A stretch of 60,631 bases of DNA, filler included, from Hausera hauseri (taxonomy: Eukaryota): assembly GCA_046269625.1 (NCBI GenBank). It is 9 parts of 9 records of this genome, joined end to end, with 100 filler letters (N's around TTAATTAATTAA, not from the genome) between each part and the next. Parts side by side here need not be neighbours in the genome. Positions count along the whole stretch, not along the records: positions 35,718 to 46,716 come from JBJURY010134428.1; positions 46,817 to 54,345 come from JBJURY010008901.1; 7 more parts are not named here. One strand, 5' to 3'. Shown here one piece after another: positions 35,718 to 48,410 of the stretch. Position 1 is the stretch's first letter. The number at the start of each line of letters is the position of its first letter. The position numbers and the translations under genes were made by a program. The notes under the pieces were generated by a model, which was given only the letters and a program-made list of their open reading frames with translations, did no database searches and was not told where the DNA came from.

Positions 35718-38246
35718 AGCGTTGAATACTCTTATGATGAAGGATTCTTTTCCTCTATCATCTGTAAAAGAAGCTTTAGATAGACTCTCAGGAGCACAAT
35801 GGTTTACTACTCTGGACTTACAATCCGGATATTGGCAAGTAGAAATTGAGGATGAAGATCGCTATAAAACCGCGTTTAAAATGCATAATGGCGTATACGA
35901 ATTCAACGTTATGCCATTTGGAATTACCACTGGCTCAGCCATATTTACCAGAATGATGAATAAAATGTTAATGGGACTTGAACATGCATTTGAGTACTTA
36001 GATGACGTAAGGATTGCATCAAAAGACGAAAAGGAGCATCTGAAGGATATTGAAGACACTCTCATGAGATTAGAACAAGCCGGGTTAAAGCTAAACCAAA
36101 CGCCGTATAGATAAAGCTAAAACGCCGCATCCTATCTTGGTTATTAAGTTGGCGAAGAAAAATCCAAGCCCGATATATCATTACTGAATAAAATTTCGGA
36201 CTATATGAAACCGCACAACCAAAAAGAACTGAGACATTGGTTAGGTTTATGCGGATATTATGCTACCTATGTACCAGATAACTCAAAAATCAACGCACCA
36301 TTATACAAATTATTAAAAAATGGAATAAAATGGAAATGGACCGATATTAAGCAAAAGGCATTTGATGAAATGAAGAAAATATTAACTAGCAAACCAGTAC
36401 TGAGATATCCTGACTTTAATTTACCGTTTATGATTAAAACCGATGCAAGTAAAGAAGGTATCGTATACGAATTAACACAAAAGTGCGAAGACGAAGAATT
36501 AGAACATCCAATCGCTTATGGAGGACTCTCCCTGAAGAAAGCAGAGAAAATTTACTCGGTGACAGAGTTAAAAACGTTAGCAGTAAAAGANNNNNNNNNN
36601 TAAGGCATTTTAACGTTTACGTATATGGAGAGAAGATAATAATTGTTACCGACTATAAGGTAGTTACAACTTTAAAGGGACGAGCAAACAACCCTACGTG
36701 TAGATTGAATAGATGGATTGAAGAGATCTCAAGATACAATATCGAATTCCAATATAAACCTGGTGCAAAACACGTAAATGCAAATGCATTATCCAGATTG
36801 AAGACAAAGACAAGTACAATTATGACAATGAGGAAAAATCAGCTTAAAGTATTAATTGACAGACAACGAGCTTTAGCATCAGACGGAGCAATTAAGCTTT
36901 CATATGAACAGAAGAAAAATCGAGTCATCCAAAAAATCATCGAGTATGTCGAAACGGATGTAATGCCAAAAAAACACCAGTTAAGGAAACATTTACAACG
37001 ACATTGACATAAATATTGTGTCTCCGGGAACAAGGACAGTGAAAAATTTTTGTATTATGAACGAAAAGAAAGAAAGTTAGTAGTCATACCGAAAATTCTA
37101 CGAACCGAAATATTAATGGCCGAACACGATTCGTATTTAGCAGGACACATGTCCTGAAAGAAAACGTTAGAGAGAGCGTTAAACAAATATTATTGGCCTA
37201 GTATATATATCGATGTGAAAAATTGGGTCAGCACTTGCGAAGTATAAGCTACTAAGTAGAGGAAAATGCGAAATTATGTAGCAGAATTGAAACCTATAGC
37301 TGTACCGGACAGACCAATGCAGGCCATGTCAATGGATATCGTAGGACCACTGCCCACGATGCACAAAAATAACAAGTATATACTAACATGCGTCGATCGT
37401 TTAACTCACTTTGTAGAATTAATAGCGTCATACGATCAGAAAGCAGAAACATCAGCTGAAGCTGTGGCGAGAAAAATTATCTGCAGATACGGTCCGTCCG
37501 ATCAGATATTAACTGATCGAGGAAGGAATTTCACCAGCGAACTGTTCGACAAAATTACGAAAATATTCTAAATCGAGAGGTTAACTACAACACCTTACCA
37601 ACCCCAGTGTAACGGAATGGTTGAGCGCATGAATGCTACTGTAATGCGAATATTGTCAACCGTAGTCGCAAAGGATCAGAAGGATTGGGATAAATATCTA
37701 GAAGGCACACAATTCTCCATTAATACAACACCACATTCCGCGACAGGTTTTACACCTTTCTTCATGATGTACGGACGAGAAGCAGCATTACCTACGGACT
37801 TAGGAATGATTCTGTATGAAGCAAACATTGAAGAGCTAGAACCAAATTTTGTAGAAGTTATACAAGTCAGATTAGAAAAGTGTTGGGAAGTAGCGAAGAT
37901 ACTATCTTTAGAATATCAAGAAGGATTTAAGAAACAATACGACAAAAAGGCGAAACCACATGATTTAAGGAACGGAGATTGGGTCTATGTTCACTATCCC
38001 GTAGCTAAGAAAGGCACATCGTTAAAGTTCACACGTACCGGAAGGGGACCGTACGAAGTTATCAAAGTAACACCCACCACCGTTTATATTAGTAAAAATG
38101 GAATGGAAGAAGTCGTGTCAATACAACGAGTGGTGAAGACAAAAATAAGACCAGAAAAACGATATCAATTACGTAGTAAGGATACAAAAACGAACCCGAA
38201 AACAAAAGGTAGGAAGGCCAAAACTTCGTCTATAGTTACCAGACCC
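35718..38246 (+). pseudogene. Family B Ty3/Gypsy pol (RT, RNase H, integrase)
   Basis: LDLQSGYWQ, MPFG, YLDD, TDAS, YSVTEL, H...GH/C..., MDIVGPLP, LTDRG.NF, YQPQCNG.VER.N, NTTPH..TG.TPF and GPY. It has stops and frameshifts, and a 10-N gap at 36591-36600. Confidence 0.95.
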
Positions 38247-39602
38247 ATGTATTACTTACAGATAGTCTTAGCACTATCACTGATAGCCTCATTTTTTCCG
38301 AAAGCCAATGCTCAAGGAGGGTTACTACAACAATTAAGCAAATGGATGAAGAATGAATTGATAAAAATAAAAAGAAACGATTTAAACACTTTGGCTCGTT
38401 TTAAGGTCCAAAGTATAGACCTACGACGAGACTATGTGCTATTTAAGACGGACGGAGCCGTGAAAAAATCAGTAAAATACCAAGTAGTTCTATGGAACGC
38501 AAATAAACGAGTAATGACTCATTGCGATTTTCCGTATGGAGAACAAGAACAATGTTGTGTCGTAAATTATGGAGATACTTATACCTTCACTATACTGATG
38601 TACTACAAAGATGATAAGCGCACACAAAGAGCAATAAGACCACAAGTAAAACTAGTCATACCAGCTAAAGAACGGGCTAACATAACAAAACTCGACGACA
38701 GTACAATCGACGGACCGCATCAAATGGGTATTAAATGAAAATATAATCAATATTTCAGCCAATAAGAACAACAAATGTATCCAAATAGACACAAAAGGAA
38801 GATTGCCAAGTAAACAAGAGATTTCAGTCCACTTTACCAAATTGAAAGAATCAAGTCCAACGCCTGAATATTGTAGTGTAAAAATCACGGATCTTAGGAT
38901 TTGTTGTAAAATTGCAGCAGATCATGAATATAGGATTCATTTCGACCTCTACAGAACTCAAACAAATAAATCGAGTATATATTTAGGAAGATATTATACA
39001 GACAGTAGAATTTGGAAAATTTTGGTTGAAACGACGACAACAGGATGAACTGTTATAAGTAAGCACTACTGTTAGGCTTATTACGGCAAAAAAGATGAAC
39101 AAGAAGAAATTACCTGAAATTCCTCTAAAATGCAGAGCACAACAGCGCAAAATTATATTTTCAGTAGAAGAAAAGCTCGACTATAGCGTCGAAATAAATT
39201 GCCGTACGATGCACAATAGTATAAAAACAACTTTATGGAAAGGCTTATATCAGACTGAATGTAACTCATTAACACCCAAGACAGAATGCATAATCCAAAT
39301 GCATGCAAAAGATGCTCAGAGTCAGACACTCACAACACAGACCCTAGGAGAAATACAAATAGCACCACGTGCAGACAAAAACACAAGACAAGAAATCACT
39401 AGAGATAAAAACTACAAAATCCGAAGGATTGACCACGTTATCCATAGTAATGATCGTAAGTCTGTCAACGCTTGTGTTTATAATATGCGTCGCGATATTT
39501 CGATTAGTTGCCGTAAATTGTCATACTAAGCGTACTAAAGTTACAGAACGGGAATTAAGAGTATGGGAACCCCAAGAATACGTCTATGATAAAATAACTT
39601 GA
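38247..39602 (+). pseudogene. Type I membrane protein with FN3-like beta domains, in frame behind integrase
   Basis: Signal peptide MYYLQIVLALSLIASFFPKANA, FN3-like signatures YGDTYTFTI and SLTPKTECIIQMHA, TM LSIVMIVSLSTLVFIICVAIF, and a tail ending YVYDKIT. Confidence 0.6.
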
Positions 39603-39716
39603 CAATTACAGATCGGGTTATTCTATCATCAAACAAAGGATTGGTTTTGGTTTAAAACTATACTTTGTTGTAAGATTAACTCTTACTGTCTGTTGTTTAG
39701 ATTGATAAATATCCAG

Positions 39717-40826
39717 ATGGATTCCGGGAGCAGCCCACGTATTATTGACAATCAAGCCCAGAAATCGAATTCAGGAAGCAGCCGACATAGTATCGACGAT
39801 AAAGCTCAGAAATTGAATTCAAAAAGCAGACGACGTAGTATCGACGATTTTCTGCAGAACTGTGCAACGGTACTAATCTCTCAATCTAAATCGATTTTCC
39901 GACAAATCAATAACGAGCTACACGGGAAACAATTTGCAGAATATAGAAGAACAAATGAGATCTCAAATAACTTAAAAGGAAGTACTGAGGAGAACCGGAC
40001 AGTACGATTATACGCAATGAGAGAGGATAAGGATTTGCGAGCGTACGCATTAAAACAACTTGTTCAATATTAACCAGTATATCACCAGAATATATTTATT
40101 CACTTAGCGGAAGGAGAAATCTATTACAGACTAAATGATCAAAGTTGGGACTCTGCGCAAGGACGCCAGCACAGATATTGTACTTTCTTAATCAATAGCG
40201 GAGATTTTCACCATTACAATTGTGAATTAGAATTTTGAGTCGCCGCACTGCCAGTCAAACTTATGATAGAAGTATGTTATGAAGACGCACCATTTATCCA
40301 GTTACCACCATTACGATTTCATCAAAGGCCAACTGATAAGGATCAAGACGACCACCTACACTACTTCAGATTAGTCCAAGGTAGAAATGCCAGGATAATT
40401 ACTGTAAATTACGGAGAAGCAAACGATGGAAATAACGTCCCAATCGGAGCATCTGTACGAGAGACAGGAGGAACAGAAATCTACACAGAATTAATCAGTC
40501 CCAGGAAGAGAGTACGAGAAACTTATCTAGAAGTTACTGGAATCAAAAAGGAGCAATTAGTTAACGGGAGAGACATCGAATTAGTTTGCGAAGAATTACT
40601 CCAATGCTTATATGGAAGTATACTTGTTGGATATCAAATAGAAAAGATCATGGAAAAGTTGAAATTGCCCTATACCCACGTGAGTGGGGTTAGAGAAATC
40701 GAGACCCACCCAGTAGTGATACAGCAGATGGAACAAACAGTTAGCAAGAGGAATGGTTATTTACCACCGACAGTAGAAGGCCTATTTAAGCTAATGTTGG
40801 ATGCTATGAGTGCAGAACACGTTTGA
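39717..40826 (+). pseudogene. Accessory ORF with REXO4/ISG20-like DEDDh exonuclease fold
   Basis: ARIITVN...IYTELISP..RV..TYLEVTGI..EQL.NG.....V.EEL...L.GSILVGY...REIET parallels ARVSIVN...YD.YV.P...V.DYRT.VSGI...L......V..EV..LL.GKILVGH...RDT. The N-terminus has a 48-bp repeat (S.R.IDD.AQK). Confidence 0.6.
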
Positions 40827-40929
40827 ATTAGCAGACTCTTGACAGCGAGCCAACGTTCCTAATATCTAAAAGATATATTCCGGATTTAAATGGGAACAGG
40901 AATGGAGTCCCGATAACCCTAGACAAAAT

Positions 40930-41946
40930 TTGCGAAGCACGACAAACCCCGAAGGATTAAATTCCAAACACAGAAGGCATTTTAGGCCTTATTCCCCCGT
41001 CAGAACAGTTGAATCAACAACAAGGGACAGTTACCGAGTTACAATCCAGAAAACGGAACCGAAACAAATCACCACGACAAACAATTACCCCAGCACCAGC
41101 CAAAGCCCAAATTCAGAGCCGGCCAAGCAAAGATCCAAGGATCAAGAAGAATTCAAGGTACCGAAGAAACCCGAAAGAAACCGAAAAGGCAAAGAAGTTA
41201 CATTTACCACGGGAAAAAGGAAACTATCGCTATACGAATACTTATTCAAAAAGAAGAATAAGGAAGAAGATAACCGAAAGGTAGTTGCAAAACCTAAAAA
41301 GCATGAAAAGACAGAAACCCAAAACGAAATAATAAAAAAGGAATCTCCGAACACCGAAACCCCTAATAAACGAAAAGAAAAGCACTCCGAAGAAATAAAA
41401 AGAAAGACTAAAACTCAAACCCAAAGGAGGAAATCAGACAACGATATCGCTATCACAGAAGTGAACGTCTTGAAAAAGAAAAGATCAGAAGAAAATGTGC
41501 ATTTCTCCACAAACAAAGAATTTCCCAGACTACTCGTAACGGCCGAATATTGTAGCCATCAGAAAATAAAGGAAGCAATGTTTTATGTGAAGAACGCTGG
41601 AATATAAGAAATACCAGATAGAGCATACGCTTGGGAAAACCTCAGCATAGGAAATTATTTAGCCCCAATTTTTAGGTCCAAAAGGACTGGAAAGCTGTCC
41701 GTTCCTGTGAACAACCAAATTAAACTAATGTTTAAAGGGCAATATCAAGCTTACCAAAAGGAAGGTGAGATTCCCGACTTAGATAAAAAAAACATTATGA
41801 ACTGGACATTAGTCCCAGTAAATTATGATCCTAAAGACTTCAATCAACCCCCAACAAAAAGAACTATACGGTTACCTATATTCCGATCAAGATGGACTAA
41901 TATTCGAACGAATCCAGATTGTACCCTAGGTCGACTTAGACGATGA
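40930..41946 (+). pseudogene. Lys/Glu-rich low-complexity accessory region
   Basis: 225-aa ORF plus continuation, highly basic with NLS-like clusters. Confidence 0.5.
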
Positions 41947-42262
41947 TGAAAATACGAACGAGAACGAAGACACTTGCTCAGTATGTAACGAAAATATCTG
42001 GCAAGGGTACGTTAAATTGGACAATCAAGCGTGTAGACACAGATACTGTAGCACGTATTTAGAGATATGGACGTTGAATAACGGGAAAACGGCATGTCAA
42101 GTATGCCGAGCAGAGGCTGATGGATTGAAATATTTCTCGAACGATGAGTGTAACAGATCTGTTCCTATCCAAAGTCAGTCCAGTACTAGCTATACAATAG
42201 AGGCGGAGCCAGTTGACGACAGTAGTCTCCGGAGTAGACTGAAACTGCTGCACCGACAATAA
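41945..42262 (+). pseudogene. C3HC4 RING finger (one Cys mutated to Tyr)
   Basis: CSVC-x15-CRHRYCST(Y)..W......CQVCR starting at 41975. Confidence 0.8.
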
Positions 42263-42319
42263 ATCGACGCCACCTCTCCTGACGCAATCAGCACATGCGA
42301 GGTGTCGTTCAAGGAGAAA

Positions 42320-43141
42320 TGTTACAGAATGTATATATGATACGATAATAATTATTAGGCGAACTGTGACATAGTAGTGTTATTTTACAATATTAATATT
42401 TATGTTATTAGTTAATCGGAATTTTATATGATTTGTACATAATTATCGGAATTAGGAATCGAAGGAATGCACAGATAAATGCACAAACAATTGCTTGTAA
42501 TTCATAAATAATTAGAAAAACGGAAATTAATCAATGGATAATCTAATAAAAATGACGTAATCGTCCAACTAGTTTAGTATATAAGGCGATGGATTTTGCA
42601 GTTAAACAGTCGTTGTTGACTTTTGAACAGTCGAACTTGTAATCAATTCGAACTTGAAGTTGCGAACGATTTGAAATCGAGAACAGTTGAACTAACAGAA
42701 CTTGACAAAGATCAGAACTTGCGAAATTTACAGAACAGTCGAAGTTGAAGACAGTGGAAGTCGAAAACAGACTGAAGTTGAAAACAAAATCCGAAAACAG
42801 ATTGATTGATTTTAATTCGATACCGAGGTATCAGGAAAAAGTAATTGTTGTTATTGTAAAATATATTGTTGTTTATAAAATCTTCTCTATAGTTATTCTT
42901 TGCCCCTCAAGGGTGATTTGACTACACTAAGGCATAAATTTTAGTGTAAAATTACATAGATAAGAGAGATTTATTTCAAACTACGCACAGGACAGCACGC
43001 AGTACCCGCATAAAATTATAAAAGTCTATAAGGCACATCCTGATTTACCGAGAACGGTAAACCGCACCTGCGAAATTTTAAACTTCTAATAAACTATTGT
43101 TAGATAGTGGGAGACGTTAGGGCCCATCCCAAAATCTAACA
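42320..43141 (+). mobile_element. Family B LTR (822 bp)
   Basis: Inverted ends TGTTA...TAACA, PPT AAGGAGAAA at 42311-42319, TAGTATATAAG at 42575-42585, AATAAA at 43088, internal aacagtcgaa repeats, and a PBS 2 nt downstream. Confidence 0.9.
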
Positions 43142-43143
43142 TT

Positions 43144-43161
43144 TGGCGACCCTAGAAGGAC
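43144..43161 (+). promoter_or_regulatory. Primer-binding site, tRNA-Arg type
   Basis: TGGCGACCCTAGAAGGAC shares TGGCGACC...AGGAC with the PBS at 5610-5627. Confidence 0.8.
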
Positions 43162-43280
43162 AGTTTGTGCCTCGCTATTACTTCAGCTCAGAGTTAATTA
43201 AAGCAACACCCCGCGATCAGCGCATCATACCAATTAATTGAATCGAATAGGTTATATAAAATTTGGGATAAGACCCGATA

Positions 43281-44747
43281 TTGAATAAAAGGGAATTTAG
43301 AAACGCAAATATTGACAGACGTAATCGATCGGAACATTTAAACCTAAACGGTAAGGAAAATTTAAACATAAGACGAACCCGTAGTAAAGTACGAACGAAT
43401 TCAGACGATAGGCGTACATTATCCGAGTCACGAGAAAATTTAACCAGGTTATTAGACCAAGATCAAGAAGTAAATTTTAAAGTTCCGCCTAAAGTAACCG
43501 ACCGACGTAAAATAGAAAATAGAATAGACGTAAATACGAATAATATGACAGCTGATACGACTAGACAGAAATTAGACATTTTCACGTATGAATCATTGAA
43601 TTTACCAGCATACGACGGCGATCCAGGACTGAATGAATTTTTAAGAAATTATAAGCTTCACGCTGAAGGCATAGGGTTAGAACCTCAGCAGATGATTAGA
43701 CGATTATCGCTTTACTTAAAGAATTTGGCCGCAGATGCCTACGCCGAGTTGACGGACGAAGTAAAAAGAGATTGATCATCATCAATAAGTCCATTAAATA
43801 GGAAATTATTATCGACGGTAACTCCACAACAAAAGTTAATGGCATTTCAAAATAGGATGCAATAAAAGCGCGAATCGGTCACCCAGTTTGCGTTTGCTTT
43901 AAAAAAGTTAGCAAATAGTTATATTAGTACTCTAAGAATTTCAAATATGGCTAAGGCAAAATATGACGCCGAACGTACAGCCGCAGAAAAGGCAGTTCCG
44001 TCAGATTTGGATGTAATAATGACAACACAATTAATTAATGGTATTTGGTCAAGAGACTTGGTAAAACAATTAATCTTAGCAAGGCCAGAAAACTTCGAGA
44101 AAACATTTCAAATGGCACAAGACCTAGACAGATATGCTAGGCAAAATGAAAGACAATACAGAGACGTTGAACGAAATGAGCGCAATGAGCGCACCGATAG
44201 AAATAGAAACAGTGGACGATTCCACGAACATAGTCAAAATCGAAATTTCGATAATAGGACGGATAGGAATCCACGTTATGGAAATAAAAGCTTTGACAAT
44301 AATCGGAATTTAAACAGTATGAACGCGGCAAAGCCGAACTACAACTCGAACAAAGATGGTTATGAGGGCAATAAAAAAAGTTTCAAAAATAAAGATGGAA
44401 AGAGATACAATGATTTTAGAAACAATGAAAACAGATATGACCGAAGTAGTCGGATAGAATCTGTAAATCAAAGTTATTCTATGAACGACAGTCGCTCAAA
44501 AACTCATATAAATGAGGACGGTCGACAACGGATTGGGAGAAACGGAAATTTAATATGTTATACATGTGGCAAGGAAGGTCACATAGCTAGATCATGTTCA
44601 AATCCGCGAAGTGTTTCATTTATCGAACCGACGAAAGCAAGTATGATTAAGACACAAAAACATTTAGAGTCAAAATATGGTCCCAAAGGCGACATAGACG
44701 CAATTTTGGATATTCAAAACTCACGTCGATATTTGAAAAGCCAATGA
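43281..44747 (+). pseudogene. Family B gag with CCHC zinc knuckle
   Basis: LPAYDGD...NEFLRNY...L.LYLK..A...Y capsid-like segment, R.Q...ESV..FA..L, an N/R/D-rich linker and CYTCGKEGHIARSC. It has internal stops. Confidence 0.88.
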
Positions 44748-44879
44748 GAAACAAACAATCCGCAAATCCTGAAGGATTGGAAAGAATACGAAGATAACAT
44801 ATGGATATTAGACGTATATTATAGACTAGTTGAACCTCGGACAAAATATGAGTACTTAATAGCGCCAGACAATAGTAAT

Positions 44880-46716
44880 ATGGTTCGCAAGAAAAACGTG
44901 CCTGAAAAATCTGCAGAAATAAAAGAAGTGACCGAAGTTGGAGTAGCGACGACATCGTTTAATGTAGACTTGGACGCAGAACCTGAAAACCTGACAGAAG
45001 GACATCAAGATGTGGCTGACGAAACCGAAAGTGAATATATAGCCCCATTAGTCCTTAAAATAACGAAAAATAGAGGTCGTAGTCCATTACTTAAAAGGAA
45101 GTCAAAGGTTCGATCAAGATCTCCAATAAAAAGAGAATGCAGAAATAACTCAAGTCCGAGATGCAGACACAGACGACATTCCGAGCTTAGACACTCCAGA
45201 TGTGGAGCTTACTTAGTTACGGATGTTCCAAGCACGAGCGTAACAATAGGAGACGCGGACAGCGAGATAAACGAGATATGTCCACTGTCCTAGAGCGAAG
45301 GCAGAATTGATGGCACGGAACAAATCAAAAAGCTAGATGGAAAATTATGGAGGATTAGAAAATCCTGGAAAAATGCAGAGAATTTGAAAGAAATTAGAAT
45401 GGCACCAACAGATACGGAGACAATACGTCACAATCTGGAAGAATTAAGACGTATAAAAACTCAAGTATATGTGTCAGGAAAAGAACAGCAATTTGCCGAA
45501 AGAATGTATAAAGAATTCAAACAATACCTTGAGGAGGATCTTAACAAAGAGAAAGAACCAGAACAAAAGTATGAAATTGTGGAGAAGTCAACTGATGAAT
45601 GGAATACACAACTAGATTTGTGGATAAAAAGCGGAGTCGATTTCATAGAAACGTGGAACAATCAAGAAATAGAAATCAGAAGCAAGGTGACAACTGTCCA
45701 AGAAATACTTAAGATATTAGAGATGGATCCAAAGCAGAAGCGCACAAAACGGAATTTAGAGAAGCTAATGGTAGAAATAGAAAGTTTAGTAATCTATCAC
45801 CTCAAAAATAAACCAACATATGAATTGGATGAAAATGAATTGTCAATACTAGGCATAGAACCGGTAGACATTCCTCTCATAATGGAAATGTGTAAGATCG
45901 CGTTCAGCGCACCAAAAGAATATGCGAATATAGGAATTCGCATAGCCTCGCAAGACAAAAGGCGCTCCAAAATCTAGAGATGTAGAAATAAAATAACAGA
46001 TGCGGAAAACCAAGAAGTGCAAAGCATAACGTTATAGTGCGTTTTAGAAATGGACGATTACAAGAAGGAGATTAACTACGTTAAAGGAGTAATTGATTAT
46101 ATCAAAGGCCCAGATGATAAATTAAAGGACGCCTACGAACGATTAGAGAATGTAATAAACGCGAAACTAATGATAGATAACCAACTCCAAGAATGAATCG
46201 AACTATTAGACAGATTGGTGGATCTAACGCAATATCATCTAAGAAAATATTCAGAACGTAAACCCATATTAAAACAACAGCTAAAGGAAATACTTCGTAA
46301 CCTTGATGTGTACAAAATAGAGGCAAAACTTCGAGTTGAATTTAATGCGTTATCGAGACTAAGAATTATGAGTAACTATCCGGAAATGAAACTCACAGAA
46401 GAATTGTATACCATGATTGAAGAAATGGAATTATCAGCAAAACAAAAAAGGATCTCCTCCTTATCGATCAGACTACAAGGTGTCCACCTAGAAGGTGTAC
46501 GACATTTGATAACAAGGCCCATAGATGAAATATCAATATGTGATCTATCGACGTTGGATATTTGTCCATATCATCGGAAAGCGTTAGAAGAAGTACTAAA
46601 TCAACTACATCGTCCTTCCGAGTGGGCATCGGATACCGACCAGAATGGTCACGCTGAATTAATAAAAATAACCAAAGATCATCGCCTCACACCAGACAAA
46701 GCTAAATTTGTAAAGA
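44880..46716 (+). pseudogene. Unidentified accessory ORFs after gag (RS-rich and coiled-coil-like)
   Basis: ORF pieces of 137, 197 and ~167 aa on the gag strand. No protease motif occurs within 2 kb of gag. Confidence 0.5.
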
Positions 46717-46816
46717 NNNNNNNNNNNNNNNNNNNNNNNNNNNNNNNNNNNNNNNNNNNNTTAATTAATTAANNNNNNNNNNNNNNNNNNNNNNNNNNNN
46801 NNNNNNNNNNNNNNNN
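46717..46816. other. Artificial contig linker
   Basis: N44-TTAATTAATTAA-N44. Confidence 0.98.
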
Positions 46817-47081
46817 GTGTAGACGATCGAAAATCTAGGTTAGCATTCGGGCCCTCCGATCTTTCCCTTGCCCACGCCATAACCCGGCGCCGAGTGGCCT
46901 CCTGACTTGCTAAAGTCTCCTTTGTCAGGCCCATGGGTATATCTTCTCCTTGAGCCCATGTAGGAGTCTGGTTGGGAACCTGCCATGTTTCTTCTATGAA
47001 GCTGGTATCCTGCTCGCCCGCGACGTCTTCCCCCGGGAGTTCTCGGGCCGCGAGCTCATCCCGCCCATCATAGTGCTCCAT
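46817..47081 (-). CDS. Maverick hypothetical protein, divergent from the capsid gene (3' partial)
   Basis: ATG at 47081, MEHYDG...EQDTSFIEETW..., open to the contig edge, 42 bp from the capsid ATG. Confidence 0.5.
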
Positions 47082-47123
47082 TGTATTAGAGCGATAGATT
47101 TGTGTCTCTAACTGCCGAAGACT

Positions 47124-48410
47124 ATGTCTAACTCCACCTACGGACGTAAGCTCAATCCCTACAGACGTCTCCGCGAACCATATGGGATCAAAGCCGTGCG
47201 GCAGTCTGTCGTCATCACGAATAATCCGAGCACGATAGACCAAAATCAGCAGCTCTTAGTTCGCTTCCCCAACCTCGGCGACCATGACTTAATCATTCCA
47301 AGCACCACGCGGTTGGCCTTCACGATTACGCTCGACTCCACCGATGAAAACAGGACTGTCGTACAGAATCTAGGGCGCGCTATTGTGAAAAAGATGACGG
47401 TCCGCATCAGCGGAAATGAGGTCTTGTCTCTCGATGACTCAGACGTCTACCACTGCTACGGTGATCTCTGGAAGACGGCCCAGGAGCGAAGGAATGCTCA
47501 GTACCAGGGCATCGACACCTCTGCCGCCAGGAATGTCACAAAGCTGCGAATCGGAGCCGACGATGCCACCGCCGGGACGGAAGACGAGGCGATCGCGAAA
47601 GCCTACGGCAACAGATTCCACATACCTCTAGACTTCGAGCTGCTTGAGAGCCACATGCCGTTCTACCAGAGTGCACTCGGGGACAGGCTTGAATACGAGC
47701 TGACGTTCAATGACTACAGCCGCGTAATCCAGGCAAAGAGTGAAGCCACTTATAAAATCGACAACATATCGTTGGAGTACGAAACGGTCACCCTTCCAGA
47801 ACTAGCCAACCTAATCCGCAGCCAATACGCAGGACGCCTCGTGATCTACTACGACCGTGTTCTTCGCCACCGTAAGATCCCCAAAGACAAAAGTGATACC
47901 CTGTGGAACATTAATCTCAACGTTCCAGCTAGGAGCATGAAGGGCATACTAATGCTCTTCGAGGACCCCTCTAAGCCCTATGCACGCGATACAGAAGCCT
48001 TTTATAACCCCCAGATCGAGAAGGTTGAGGTTACAATCGAGGGTTTGCCCAATCAACTCTACAGCAAAGGCATGCACGCGTATCAGGCTTGGGACGAGAC
48101 ACGAAAATTCTTCGCCGCCGGTAGCAAACGACATCCCGAGGTAGCGGCAGTCGCAAAAGAGCTCCAACTGGCTAACGTTTCATTAGGAGAGTTTCTGACC
48201 ACAAAGCACGCTCTGTGGCTCGATCTCAGAACGACCGACGACGACCAGCTCCACGGCACCGGGCGAGGGGTTGAAAATGCTTCCGAAGGTATTACGATTC
48301 AGATTAGCAAGGCCGCTCAAGGAGCCGGTGCATTGAACCTTTATCTATTTGTCGTTATGGATGCGCAGCTTAATATCGAGAATGGTAGATACCACTCCGC
48401 AATATTCTAA
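47124..48410 (+). CDS. Putative double-jelly-roll major capsid protein
   Basis: Uninterrupted 428-aa beta-rich ORF (TNNPSTIDQNQQLLVRFP, LAFTITL, LEYELTFN, NISLEYE, LWLDLR) next to the packaging ATPase. Size and context fit a Maverick MCP. Confidence 0.8.
   Translation: MSNSTYGRKLNPYRRLREPYGIKAVRQSVVITNNPSTIDQNQQLLVRFPNLGDHDLIIPSTTRLAFTITLDSTDENRTVVQNLGRAIVKKMTVRISGNEVLSLDDSDVYHCYGDLWKTAQERRNAQYQGIDTSAARNVTKLRIGADDATAGTEDEAIAKAYGNRFHIPLDFELLESHMPFYQSALGDRLEYELTFNDYSRVIQAKSEATYKIDNISLEYETVTLPELANLIRSQYAGRLVIYYDRVLRHRKIPKDKSDTLWNINLNVPARSMKGILMLFEDPSKPYARDTEAFYNPQIEKVEVTIEGLPNQLYSKGMHAYQAWDETRKFFAAGSKRHPEVAAVAKELQLANVSLGEFLTTKHALWLDLRTTDDDQLHGTGRGVENASEGITIQISKAAQGAGALNLYLFVVMDAQLNIENGRYHSAIF

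Noticed and set aside
46761-47243. 160-aa minus ORF as listed, and other ORFs running into N linkers
   Set aside because: These include linker Ns and overlap the capsid gene antisense. Only 46817-47081 is plausible.
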